Shown here one piece after another: positions 38,423 to 51,863 of a stretch of DNA of 64,000 nucleotides (position 1 is the first letter of the stretch; every line of letters starts with the position of its first letter). The position numbers and the translations under genes were made by a program. The DNA comes from Takakia lepidozioides (taxonomy: Eukaryota > Plantae > Bryophyta). The notes beneath the pieces are model-generated. The model did not search any database. It was given only the letters and a program-made list of their open reading frames with translations, and was not told the DNA's origin. The DNA lies in the NCBI GenBank assembly GCA_030704615.1, contig CM060734.1, positions 33,666,001-33,730,000 of the forward strand, written 5' to 3'.

Positions 38423-39588
38423 TTGGATAGAGTGAAAGAAGTGGTAGTGGATTATTTCAAGGGTAGGGACATGATGAGGCTGGAGAGTGCTTATGTCAGG
38501 CATGGATGGGAGGGGTTTCAGATTTTCCAGCAAAATATGGAGAGGAAAATGACAAACAGTTTGGCGGGGGTTAAGTGGATGGTGAACAGGGACAAGCCGA
38601 AGTTCAATCGGTGGATCCAAAGCAGGGTGAAAGACGTCACGTGGAATTTGAGGCAGCTAATGAAGACATGGAAGGGTAGAACAACCATGGGTCGAGTGCC
38701 CTCTGCTGAAGCTGAGTTAATGCGGCGTGTTGAGTATTGGGCTTGCTCGACAAGTCAGAATTCATATCGCCGGACTAGGATTGTCCCTTGGAAGGCGGGG
38801 TCATCGGGCGGGGGAGGCACAACTGGTCTTTATTACGTGAACTCTACTGCGAAGGTGGTAGAGATTAACCCTTACAAAGAAGGAGGGTATGTTAAGGTCT
38901 GTCAGTGTAGGATTCTTGGCGATTCTAGAATAACGGAGCGTTGGGAGCTAGCGGGAAAAAAACCCAAGTCCAAAAATCCAGAAAAGGCGTTGAGACAGCA
39001 TAACGACGAGTGTTTGGCAGTGAAGTTCCAACATCTGGGTGTTATCTCATATTTTGTTGTGAATGCACGTGAGGTAGAGGGTTACACTCGTGGTGGAATG
39101 GGGGGACAATACGCAACGTGATGAACCTTGCCAGAAAATGGGGCAACGATTCGGACAACAGGGTGATTTTGGAACAAAGGGGAACGGAAGCAGAGTTCCA
39201 AGAATGCGATCGCTTGCTTCGTTTCCGAAAGGTGCGCAATAAACTTGCATGGGCATTGGTGTGCATCATGGATGTTGTTAACAAGAACGGTGTCCTGTAC
39301 AACGACTTGTCCCCCGACAACATCTTGTTGCATTTTCCAAATGGCACCGAGGAGATCAAGATTGGGATGTGTGACTGGGGCTTAGCCACCCCATTGGGCA
39401 TACGCAAAGCCTCGCCGTACGAGTTTGAAAACCAAGACAAGCTGGACCGGGAACTCGCAAAAAGATGGTGGGTGGAAAAAGATATTGCATCGGTTTTCAA
39501 TGCGAATGCCCACCCCCCAGGACATGACGTCGAAGGCCTTTGCCGTTGGGAAGATAGCGGTATGAATAAATGGCGGTGCTCATTATGA
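38423..39588 (+). pseudogene. Intronless, frameshifted protein-kinase-like sequence
   Basis: EGGYVKV (Gly-loop-like), AGKKPK, frameshift near 39088 into WWNGGTIRNVMN, catalytic-loop-like VLYNDLSPDNILLH and IGMCDWGLA. Confidence 0.72.
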
Positions 39589-39914
39589 TCAAAGTATGTT
39601 TGAGGACCAATTTACGGGAGGTTGTTGGCATTCAACCTACAAAGGTTGTACGACAACAACACGAATGAGAGAGTCACATTAGCCCATGTAGTACTTCGGT
39701 TCATGGGCAAGCCATTCAATTGGCCTGAGCCGAAAGACGTTTATAGGACGGAGTAGACCATAGTCTCGTAGATATGAGATTTGTGGCGGTACAATGGTTC
39801 TTTTATGAAGACATAACTCAATTTTGATCGTGCATGTAATAAGTAAAGTCCCATTGTAAATACTACATTGCATATGTTCGACCCTGACACTTGTTATCGC
39901 AACATAAATGGTTT

Positions 39915-40314
39915 GTGTATTGTCTCACTGTTTATATTTGTAATGTTCCAACGTGGCTGATAGGATTCTGAGAAAACGATGTATTAATTCCGTGCAAGTT
40001 AAACAATTAACGTCCCACATCTCATTCGAATGTGCGACACTACCATGTGAGGCATGAGTCTGTAAGTATGTGCACATGCGACCTCCAAAGTCCGAACGTT
40101 CGATACAAGGTCCAGCAAATGCTTTGCTGGAACGTCCCGAGGTCGCATGTACACCTGTTACTTATCGTCTCATGCCTCACATGGCAGTGTCGCGAATGAG
40201 AATGAGATATGGAACGTAAGTTGTCTAACTCCTACGGAACCAACACATTGTTTTTCTCATAACCTTGTCAGAAACGTTGGATTATTGGAACATACAAACA
40301 GTGATACAGTACAC
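39915..40314. repeat. Long imperfect inverted repeat (fold-back)
   Basis: Arms ~39915-40086 and ~40139-40314; core GCGACACTACCATGTGAGGCATGAG pairs with CTCATGCCTCACATGGCAGTGTCGC at 24 of 25 positions. Confidence 0.85.
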
Positions 40315-40323
40315 GGCCGGTTT

Positions 40324-41428
40324 TGTTGAAATGACATCTGTGAGGTTCGAACATATGCAATTTATTATTTACACCGGAACTTTATTTACTCGGGGGACCG
40401 GTACTGCTGCAGGAGTGCAACTGATGGTGCGAGTTCTCTATTGATTAGAGCTGTCACAACCAATGTCAACAATCATATTTACGGCAAGGTATTTCATGTT
40501 ATTGTTGTTCCTCTAGCTGAATTCTGTAGTATTCTTTTTGCTATTCCCATACCAACGTCATCTGCGACTGTCATGTTCAAACGAACGTATCAGCCACCCC
40601 GGCCAGCTTGCAGGCTGCATCCGCGGCCCACCATAAATTGAATGACTTGGAGATTTTGTGCTCAGTTCCTGGTTTCATGTCCGTGGTCACTCGTGGCTGA
40701 TACGGAATTCGAAATATGGCAGTACCAGTGGACCTGATGTTATTGGCATGGGAGTAGCAAAACGATTCCTAAATAAATGATCTGTTCCAGGTGGAGAACA
40801 TCAACATATTGGATAAAGTGGACATGGAGAAGCACCGTATTATGAAGCAGGAGACACTACAAAAAGAGCTTCAAAGGGCATACCATGTAACAGGTCCCGG
40901 ACTAATTATCAATCGAAATTCATCCGATGGCTCAACGGATGGTTGGCCATCGAAATGATTTTGGTTTGCTTTGAGACTTGGTGTCGCGCACCTCACTTCG
41001 GTAAGCTCCCCTTCACGTCATAGTTACTCGCTTTGATGCGCGCGCCTAACTCCCAACCTGGCCGTCGGGCCAACTCGGAGCTTTGGCTGCTCACCGGGAC
41101 ATAACGGTCCCCCTTTACTCCCCCAACAGACCCTCCACCAATTTGGGCCTAGTGGAAATTCCGTTTGGTAGATGGCAGTCCGGAATAGCTCCCCACTCCT
41201 TGGTCGTTTTCCGGCTCGCTCGCTTACTCACTAGTTTTTGGTCACCAATGGGCTTGCACCGTTCTCGGGGTTACTACTCCCTATATATACTTCTGTGACT
41301 GTCCGCGGGGGTTTCACAAACAACCATGCCATTTTATGGCGAACCACCACGAAGACCCTCGATTCCCGGTGATGAGTCGCGGTGAGTCTTGGCCCACCCA
41401 CCACGGCCCCATTGGACCGTGGTGAGTC
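40324..41428 (+). repeat. Duplicated block, copy 2
   Basis: Near-identical to 32475-33733 apart from deletions. Confidence 0.93.
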
Positions 41429-43345
41429 GCAACCCGGTGTGCGGGGCTCGACCTAGTGAACGCCTCCGCCTCCTTGAGTGCCTTGAGCACTCAAGGGTGC
41501 TTCAGCCCCCCCCCCCCCCCGTACCTATTGCTGCCACCGCCCCCACCACAGGGGCAGCCCCTCTATGTCCCGACCCCCTGCCCTCAAGGCAAAGGGCCGC
41601 GACATACACCCCTACCAACAGGGAATCGATGTCCTCATCCACTTGTCCATTTTGTAGAAACAAACATCCAAGTTGCGGCGTCCCACATCAAGGAGTTTGT
41701 TTCCGCACCATGGCGTCCCATGGCAAAGAACCAAACCCCACACTTGACTCTACTCTCCACTAGCTAGTTCGGCCGACTTTCTCCAAGTCCCGGCCAAGGG
41801 TGGAGTCTCTCAAGCTCCTCCCAGTGCACTCTTCTTGGCCCACTTCACGGCCAAGGAACGATCCTCCCCGAGGATCGAATCGCCTTACTGCAACAACATT
41901 GCTTGCGACCGCTCATGATGCCGCTTTTGGCATCACCTTGAGCGAAGGTTCACCTTGAACCCTTTTTTACTAGGAAGATAATCTTGAACCAACCGTGCGC
42001 CCCAATCACTACAATTGGGTCCGCCTTGGAATGTTGGCCTGAGGTACGGGAACACGCCGAAGCCGCACTACGACTTCGTCCCGAGGCTACACGATTATAG
42101 TACGTGAACGGAAGCACGTAGCTTCCGCTTTAGCCCGCACTACAAGGCAACCCCCTCGGTAGCGCAGTTATAGTACGCACACACGCCAGGTGCGCACTAG
42201 CATGTGAACTCCCAAAGAAGGCGCAAGTTTCCTTGCCCCTTGGATGGGAGTCACCCGATTTCGGCACTGCGCAAACACACGATTAATCCAATTTACCTCT
42301 CCCACTTTTGTAAGCTAGCATGCATTCTACACACTAGCCAACCATACCACGCATCACCATTCCAAACAAAATAGGACGCACAACATTTGGAAACCATTTC
42401 ATTTATAACAAATTTTTTACAATACAAGTTTTTGCAATCGGATTCCTGAGCTAGCTAAGCCGGGCTAAGCATGCATTTCCTCCCCCACGATCCAAGGTTG
42501 ATGTCTCCATCAACGCTTCTTCCGCTTTTGAGGTCGCCCTTCGAAAGCTGCAACCGCCTCGGATGCGTTCCCCATTTCTGAGGTACGCACCTAAGATGCC
42601 TCCACATGATGATAGCCCTTCCATTTCACGAGATAATCCATTTCTCGATTCTTGAACCTCCTTGACTTAAGCACTGCCTCCACCTCGTACTCAGGTTCAT
42701 TTTCATGATCCAACAGCACAGATGGCGGACGCAACACTTGATGCCGATTCGGACGCGCTTCATCTTTGAAGTACGGCTTCAAAAGAGAAACGTGGAATAC
42801 CGGATGCACCTTGCTGTTTGCCGGCAACTCTAATTCATACACATCCTCATTCATAACTTTCCGGATGCGAAAGGGTCCCGCATACGGAGGTACGAACTTC
42901 GGACTCACTTCCAGAGGTAGTCGAAAATTCTTGATGTTCAACCAGACCTCCGTGCCTGCCTCAAACTTGACTTCCCTCCGCTTCTGATTTGCCTGCCGTT
43001 CATACCGTTTCCTAGCTTTGGCGATGTTGTACTTTGTGAGCTTCAACAAGCGCTCGCGTTCCTCCAACACCCTGCTGCTGCCGGTTCCTCAACGTCTTGG
43101 GCAGCCCAACTTGTCGGCACTAGAGGTGCTTTTCGATAGACCAATACGAAAGGGGAAACACCCGTTGCGGAGAGTTTTGTGTTATTATAACAGAACTCTG
43201 TCGCGTCCAAGTGCTCCACCCAGTCCGATTGGTCCGCCGACACGTAATTTCGCAAGATCTGCTTCACCACGGAATTCACTCTTTCCGTTTGGCCGTCCGT
43301 CGTAGGTCGGAAGGCGATGCAATATCCTTTGGGAGTCCATGATAT
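40982..43345 (-). mobile_element. Truncated chromovirus-type Ty3/gypsy: integrase C-terminus + chromodomain, PPT, 3' LTR (40982-42475)
   Basis: PTTDGQTERVN, PYAGPFRI, HPVFHVSLLKPY, EYEVEAVLKSR...YLVKWKGY; plus-strand tttcctccccc directly after the LTR end; cut off at 43346 by a CACTA end. Confidence 0.9.
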
Positions 43346-44039
43346 CACTACTAGAGAAACCAGTTTTTTTAACGGCTCTTCTCACACATTTTGGTGTGAA
43401 AAGAGCTCGAGTTCACCACCCCCCCCCCCTCTGGTGTTAGGTTAACCCAGTCCTTTGCACCACATAACTTTCTTGGTCCTGTGAAAAAAACCATCTCACA
43501 CCAAACTCGCACCTGATGTGGCTGTAGATTTAGGTGGCTCTTTTGACGGATATTTTGACGGCCGTTTTGACTAGTCAGTTCAACTAGTATTTTGACTAAG
43601 TAATCTTAATGGTCTTTCTACGGTACTTATTACACCTCGTTGCCACCATGTCTGCCACATGTATGTCAAAGGGAATGCCACATAATAGAGTCCATCATAA
43701 TTATTAAATAAATAATAGATATTAAGGGCTCACTTATTTAAAACAGGGGATAATATTTGTATTATTAACCACATTGACCAGTAGTAATGTTATTAATATT
43801 AAACATAGCAAACAACCAGCAAAATACCACATTTATGTCTACACAAGGAAAATTTGGTTTGATGTGGGAAAATGAAGTTGCCCTTGAACAAGGAGATCTT
43901 GTGATCATACATGAGAATAGCAAGACCATCAATTCAAAAAATACGGTTCACATGAGAAGAGCTGTTTTGTTCACCTAGCTCAGCAACCCTCAAACCATAA
44001 AGAAAACTAAACTAAACTAAACTTGTAGCACCTTCAATA

Positions 44040-47000
44040 TCACGCGTGTTTAAGAAACTTTTCAGACCATAAGGTGGAACTTCCCTGCGTGTCACCCAAT
44101 GTGGTATGATTAGGGGTAACAGAGTAGTCCGGGTACGGGAACACAACCTCTGAAATCATGACCAATTTCACATGGATACGGTAATAGTTGTCTGGCACAT
44201 TTGCTTTCGGAAAGCCAGCAATATATCCCACACCTGCCCTTCTTTTTTGTGCACAAGGATCAAACAATAACACCTTGTCGTCGATCTGAAACTGCAACAA
44301 TAACCAGATTCCCATATCAATCGAACCCTGGAGAACAGAGACTGATAGCTTGGCACTCCTGCAAAATGGCATTGAAGTTCTTCCAGCAAACACCCCAACC
44401 CTACCTATTGCAATACTTCCAATTCTGAATTGCATTTGCTTGTCTCTATACTCCATGCTGACATGATCAAAGCTGGAACGGTGCCATACCTAGTTGATAG
44501 CAGGTTATGCATGGTCAGCATGGATGTGGTAGGACGATGTCACAAAACTACCTTTGTAGGTTGCTGGGCCTGCAACTATGTGGCGATACATAGGGGGTGT
44601 ATTGATCCAGCATCAGACAAGGAAAAAAAATTGCACAAGGGAAGTACTTACACTGTGCGGATTTTGTTGGTCACCCTATGGGTCAGTCAGATCCACTGTG
44701 GTTGTAGTCTGATTGATAGCACATATTGTACTATCCCTGCCCATTGAATGCTTCACTGGTTTCACCATCTGTATATTGAATGACACAATGATAAAAAAAT
44801 TAGAATAGCACGAATGACACACAATGTGAAGTAGCATTAACAATAAAAATCCACCCACGCGCCCAAGCATTGAAACTTTTGCTCTCACCTTTCGTTGATT
44901 ATGCTTTGTTGTTGCATCGGGAGGCAAAGTCGTTGGAACTCTGGCAGCAGGAAGCCCTGGTTCGGATGCCTTTGCAGATTGTTGTGATCCACTACCCATG
45001 GCTGCACTCTTGAACAAGTAGTTGGGCTGCCCATATCTATATGGGTGCCCTGACACATACTCAGGGATGTGTGCAGCCTTGGATACACCCTCTAACCAAG
45101 GCAGTAATTCTTTCATAAGCCTCTTGCAGTTTGGCTGATCCCTCGACTTCCATGGATACGAGAAGATGCAATTATTTGCAGGGTTGGAAAAACAAGTGGG
45201 TGGGGAATCGTCCACCAACAAAGTATTGGTTGGATTGTAATGGCTGTAGTCCTTCCAGAACTTACATAAGTTCTTGTACATGATAGTTTTAGAAGGATTG
45301 ACAGGGTCCATCATTCCCACAGGCTGGTCACAATAGTCTTGGTGAAGCACCATCTTTGGCTGTTTCCCACGAAACAAAGCTTTCACAACTCGAAGGACAT
45401 TACTCAATGACATGGAAGACCATACACCTACATCAAAAATCTGAAGGCATCGGTCCAGAAACTCCTGACACCCAGGTTTGGAGGTGACAGTGGGCTCTAG
45501 GTATTCCCTTGTTCGTAGTCTGGTCTCACATAACAATCCATTCAAGTCAAGTATAAGGATGTGTTCCTGCCTCTCAGATGCCGAAGGGAAATTACCTACA
45601 ACTTGTACATGATTATCATGTATAAGAGACACACCTTTCTGTGGGGCACTCTGCAAATTCATGGAGACCTCACAAACATATTGAGAGGGTAGTACATATG
45701 CCGGCAGTGCTACTGGTGCAGGGGACAACAAAACTGATGAACACTTTGCAGTTGCCTCAACAATATGGGGGGATGGATTGAGTTCACCTTCAGACCAACC
45801 CTCCATGTCATCATCCCCCTCCATCTCTGAAAGCCCAAACAATGAGCCTATTGTGTTTGGCTTTGGTGGCAGTGAAGAAACTGCCTTGAACAGGTTGAGT
45901 GGTGAGCCCATAACATGAGAAATAGTCTCCTTTGTTGTCTGTGGCGCAAAGGTGGTGCATGGTGGACCAGTAGGCTGTGAATCTGGCACATTCATGCCAA
46001 GTTTAGCTGCGAGCGCAATGTTGAATGCAGCTGCTGCCTCCAGTTGGACTTGGACTGCTTCCAAAGCTGCCTTGGAGCTGGCTTCCATCTGCACTTGCTT
46101 GTTTTCCATAGCATCGAGGCGAGCTGCTAGTGAACCAATTCCCTGCCCCAACACATAGAACACCTCCAAAGTAACAATTCACTACACTGAACTGATGACC
46201 TAGTAAGAAAAGAGAACCAAACGGCAACTAGCAATGGCATGGAAATCATGAATATGTAATTCACACCAGATTGGGACTGAGTTTATATACCGATGTGGCT
46301 GCACTGCCTGTACACCCCGACCCATAGCCTTTGTCACTCCTGGCGCTATTGGCGATCTCCTGCAAACTTGGTGTACGTCCAGTCTCCTTCTCCTGTGATT
46401 GCAACAAACTTGCAAGTGTAAATGACTAGCATAGCACACTGCCAACAGTAAAGAATTATCTAGGATAGCATCAATGACTCCCCCTCAATAAGAGTGCTTA
46501 GTTTCTTGCTGGCACCCAACTCTGAGAGGGCCCCCAAGTAGTAGCGATGTGCACTAATTCCATCCATATAGGAATAGACTCTGAGCTCCAACCAAAAAAA
46601 CCCAACACAGAAAGTTTGTCAATGCAAAACAATGTGGGAACTTCCTATGTTGTAAGAGAAGTATACCAGTCGTGCTATAACACCGCTGATTCCACTGCGA
46701 CCCGATCGAGATGTATTCTTCACACATCCCCGCGCCTTGACACCATTTGCCTGGAATTTCTTGAAATATGTGGAACCCCAACTAACAACTAGTTGTGCCC
46801 ATGTCTTGTCTGGCACATGATGGGGTTTGGGCAGCCCCACACTATAGTAATTTTTGAACAGCTCATTTCGTTGGTACTTGAGCTGCCCGCAAATTTTTTT
46901 TGTAATAGCCTTTATGTTAAGACTAGGAGGTCCATATTCCCAATCTGAAGCCAATATCTCCATGATCTTTTCAATTAAGTGTAATGGTTGATCCTGAGCA

Positions 47001-47989
47001 TACAATGACCAGTCCAACAAACGTTGACACTGCCCTCGCAGAGCTGTTATCCACTGGTTCCGAGCAGGACCTTCAGGGTTTCCAAGTTCATCACAAGAAA
47101 TGAAAAATTTCCTCCTCCCTACAGCCACATTTTGAGCAGCCTGGTCTCTCAGATATTTTGCAAGTGCCCTTCTTTCCCTCCTTAAAGCATTTTTGCATTC
47201 TATAGGAGTCACACCTGATGTCCCCCCAGGAGTAAGGCTAGAATCCTGCAAGGTTTCAGCAGTACCTTGCATGTTACCACCTTCACTCTGTTGTGGCTGG
47301 ACTGATGTCTCCCACCCCACAGGATGATGCGGAGAAGATGCATCCTCGGTCTGTTTCAGAATGCCTTTCCCTTTCAGGGTATTAGGTGTACCTGGAGATG
47401 TTGGATAAAGAGGTGGCCGCGATGCAGTGAAGCTCGAAGGTGCCGACTGTTGTACTCCACTGTAGTTGGATGCTGAAGGTTGGTGGCCACCATACTGGAC
47501 CTGCCCCTGGTGTGGTCTTGCAGGGCTGGTAGGATAGAGGGAGGAAGTAGGTTGGTTGTACATAGGTCGAGGAGGATACATACTATGAGGATGCATTCCA
47601 TAATGGTGGTAAATGGAATACCCACCTTGACTAGGATCATGCATTGGAGCGCCTGCAGGTGGAGCAGAAGAATTGTAATTCTGGCACTGAGGATCATTGT
47701 TTGGAGGTTGATAGTGAGGATACGGCATGTGCTCATGCAGATTATACCCTGACATGGCAGGATACTGCGGGTATATAGGCGGATACGAGGGAGGAGCCGA
47801 TACTGGTGGATACAAGGGAGCTGGAACGTCAGTCTGTGGAGTGGGCGGGGCTGGTTTTTCGTAAGTTGGAACAGACGCACCACTCATCACAACAGCTGGC
47901 GCAATAGTTGGTGCACACTTTGCTGGAGTAAGAGACTTATGCTTGTTCGCATCCTTCCCTGCAATTCCCTTCCTTTTTTTTACTGAACT
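44040..47989 (-). CDS. Spliced CACTA accessory protein: Pro/Tyr-rich region, Ptta/En-Spm-like segment, FCP1/NIF HAD-like domain, TNP1-like C-terminus
   Basis: Exon 47989-46667 (KPHHVPDKTWAQLVVSW...NGVKARG...SRSGRSG), exon near 46393-46290 (EKETGRTPS), exon ~46142-44889 (ILILDLNGLL...KPGCQEFL...VGVWSS...TLLVDDSP), last exon ...YYRIHV...FPYPD...TLGDTQGSSTLW. Exon joins partly uncertain. Confidence 0.68.
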
Positions 47990-49452
47990 CTGCACACATT
48001 GCTCAACATAAACATGAGAAACAATATAATTCTCATACTTGTCCACTTGAACATGCATGAATTCCAGAAGCAACTATAACAATGCTTCATTGTGATCTAA
48101 ACTGGGGCTGGAAACCTATACATAAATGTTAATGGTGCCCAGAATGCTGACCCAAAAATCTCTGAAGTCGGAGGGAGTGAACTTTCCAAACTTGAGAGGC
48201 CCAGACTTCTGTAACATTCCATACAAGGCATTGTGTCTGTACCTCTGTTCAGCATATTCAAAATTTCAGGCTGAGGCTCGGGTTATATTCGAACAATCCC
48301 TAAATTTGTCCAAAGAGGTACTCAAAAGGAAAAAGAGGCAACATTTATATACCATCATGAAGGAGATGTTGGAAGGTTTAGGGGTAAGGACTTCAAGTGC
48401 CTCTAGTACTGCACCGTCTATCTGGCTTTGTTGCTAGATTTGCAATCCCTCTTTCCTCTCTATTTGTTGTTCAAAGGTCTTCTTCCCGCCCTGAATTTAA
48501 ATTTCAGTCTAGTGTCGAGGGTGGGTAAACCCTTGAGGTCATCCCATGTCACAGACTGGAAACAAGTTCAGGGAAGTTTTCAGCCTAACTTCATTTTCAT
48601 CAGAGAATTTCTTGTAACAGACATGGCTTTGGACACTGTAGCCTCTAAGTCAGATTTATCCAGCAGGGTCAAGACTTGCGGGCTGAGATTCAGATCCTTG
48701 AGAATCTCTTCTATTCTCTTCCGCCAGGACTTAGCCTATTTGACAGGGTGATCCTGCTTCCAAGACGTCGGGAGCTTAAGGGATGCCAAACTCACCCCGA
48801 ACAACCACATTGGCTGTTTTGGAGCATGCTGACATGCACTCCGTAAGCACCCCACTTGAATGGATTCTAGAGACTTTGCAATAGAAACTGAGAGATAGAT
48901 GTACTCATGAGACCAACTTAGTACCCACTGTAGTCGGTGTAGAAAATGAAGGGCAAAGATCTCTATGGTTTTAAGCAAGCACTGGTTTGCTTTAAGTAAA
49001 GGCTAAGGCTGACTAGGAGGTCACTGACTTACAGTCCACATGCTAGCACAAATGTTGGTTTCCTGGAAATCCCAGTATGACAGTACAGTTAATTTGAATA
49101 TTGTTCAGTGATGTCTGTCACTATGAAGAAAAGTGGTTTTTTGAAGGGTTTTCTAACAAACCCCACCACCCACCCCAATCACCCAGAAGCGTGAAACAAA
49201 TCAGGAGCAAGACTGGTTTAGGAGAAGGGGTGATGGTGCCTTGCAATGCAAGGCTGTTTTGTCCTTGTTTTTTAAAAATAAAACTTTCTGATCTGGTCAA
49301 GTCCTGACATATCCTTCCTTGTTGTAACAAGACAAGCCCTATCTCTCTCCCTGCCTCCGTTTTGTTGCGTCCAAACTGGTGGCGGGATCTATGGCCACAA
49401 GGCTATGGCAAAAACGTCTTATGAGTTCATTCTCTCTCCTCCCTCTCTGTAG

Positions 49453-49575
49453 GAAGACAGAGCATGCGAATGAAAATTTCAGGAGGGCAAACTTCACATC
49501 AGCTGACATGAGGGAGTCAAACTTCAGTGGAAGCACCTTCAATGGTGCCTACCTTGAGAAAGCTGTTGCTTTTAA
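49453..49575 (+). other. Isolated exon resembling thylakoid lumenal pentapeptide-repeat protein TL20.3
   Basis: AG at 49451-49452 after a pyrimidine tract, KTEHANENFRRANFTSADMRESNFSGSTFNGAYLEKAVAFK, GT at 49576. No other exon of this gene recognised in the window. Confidence 0.75.
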
Positions 49576-51863
49576 GTACGTGTCATCACATAACTTGTAT
49601 CTATCATTTTATGTGCACTATGATATACAAGTGCAGAAATAAACATTAACCCACCCTTATGTCTGTCTTCTCTCAACAAAGTTAGGCATAAAACTTTCCT
49701 GAACTTGTTTCCAGAATGTGACATGGGTGAGGACCTTAAGGATGATCTGAAGGGCCTACCTACCATCGGCACTAGACTCAAACCCAGGGCAGGGAGTTTT
49801 TGAACAGTAAACAGAATGGAGAGAGGTAAGGGAGATTGTCAATGCTGGGTATGCAGGCGGCCTGAAGACAATATCCATTTCTTGATACAATATCCGGGGT
49901 ACTCTCATCAGAGAGTGACCCTCTTCAGGACCATCAAGAACATTGTCCATGCACCTCTATTCACCAACTGAAATCTTGAGGCCGAGCCTAAAGCCCTGGC
50001 CCTGTTGTGGTCTAATTGGTGGGCAGCTCACACACATGAGATTGATGCGCTAGTGAAGGGTTTTCTAGAGAAGATCTGGAAAGCCCAAACTAATTGTTTA
50101 TATGAGTAAGTCCCACTACTGGAGTAAGGCCCTCACAAAGGTAGTGACTGTTCCATCTTGTTATGCCCAACTCTGCGTGGGGTCTATGGCCACAAGGCTA
50201 CAACACACATCATCTTGTGAGTACATCAAACACAATTTGAAGAATGAAACCACTCAGCTGGCCTGTAAACTGAGATTGATCCAAGTCAAGACGGGTCTTC
50301 GGAACCTTCTGGTATCAGATCCCAAGGGTAGATTACTTCCGTAAAATACTTCCTTCAAGGAAACATGAGGCTGTCGTCAAGTGTTGTACCATTCGTCCTA
50401 GGGAGTGGCTGCCTCATGCCATAGGCGATTTCCATCATCTATCCAATGTACTCTGTGGCAAAACTTACACATATAGCTTAGAGACCCATGAAAGGTGAAG
50501 GACCCTCACCTGCACCCGTCCCAAAAACCACCACATCCAACAGAATGCATGTTAGTGAGGATGTGCAAGGTGAGTAGCAGGTCTTCACGCTTGCTATCGT
50601 TGTCCAACATGCAGATCTAAGCAAGTGAAAGATTGCAAGAGTAACATTAAAGGTGTGACATTGCACATAACCTTGAAAGTTTGAGGCAGGCCAGTCTGCG
50701 ACGTTGCGCATATCCGTTCACGTAACAAGTAATTGCAAAGCACATGTAAGGGCTGAGTGAACGTCCTATTCGTCTTGGTGTCTCTCATTGTCTGTTTGCT
50801 ATTTCTTCCTTTTAGAGCTTACTATGCATGGCAACCACAGTAGTGGCTGGTGAGGTCAAGACTAGCTGCTTCCATCTCCTCATTCTGAGCTTGATCTTTA
50901 CTTCAGTTACATCAAGTACAAAAGTGACATCAGGAGGCAAGTACACATTGACAATCAAGAGAATAAAACTGGGTCACATAATGGATCACACATGATACAA
51001 AATGATAGACCTAAGGAGAAAGAAAATGTATGAGATATTCAAGATGACCACTGGGGCTGGCTCCAGGGAAGAGGAGTCGTCCTAGCACAGAGTTTGGCAG
51101 ATGTGAAACGGGCCATTGAGGGGTATCCTGGTTCAAATTTGCTGGCACAAAAGTACTTGACAAAGATAGTGCTGATAAATGGTTACAATTTTGACCTGCG
51201 CATTTATGTACTTATTCCATGGAGACAGAACTTTGGTGCAGATCGCAAACCTGCTGATGGGTTGGGGAGTTTGCAGGGTGCGCGCTTTGTCTTTGCTGGG
51301 GCTTCTTTCGTCATTTCCATCTTTGACTCCGAGCTGGTCTCATTCAAATCTTCATGTGCGGCATAATCTTGGTCTCGCTGCAGTTCTTGCTCTCGTGCCT
51401 CCTCTGCGTCTGACTCCGCTTGAACTTGCGCTTCCTCCTCTTGCTCTACCTCTTTCTCCCGTTGTGACATTGCAGAGTGCAGGAGTTGAGCTCTGTGACT
51501 TCGGCGAGGAGGACCTGTGTGTTTGAGGATTTCCTCACCGAGGCGTTCAGGGCGACTCAAGCTCTCTTTGACGCTGCAAAGAAGAAGAAAGACAAAGTCA
51601 GCAGCTGCAAAACCCTAACATATCCTCTCTGCAGGTTTGGAGCTTTTAATGCGGTTTCATGGCTAGGGCTAGGGGATATGAAAAAAACGGAAGTTCGGAC
51701 CTCTTTGCAATGTCAAAGATCTTGAGCCGCGCGAAGAATGCCTTGTTCTCCGCTTGACGCTTTGCTCGTTCTACCTCCCTCGCTGTAGGCTTGCGCCCTG
51801 GTGTAACTTCTGGACACTCTATTTGGGTCTCCATTTTCTGACAAGTCTCGCTCACTCGCCAAG

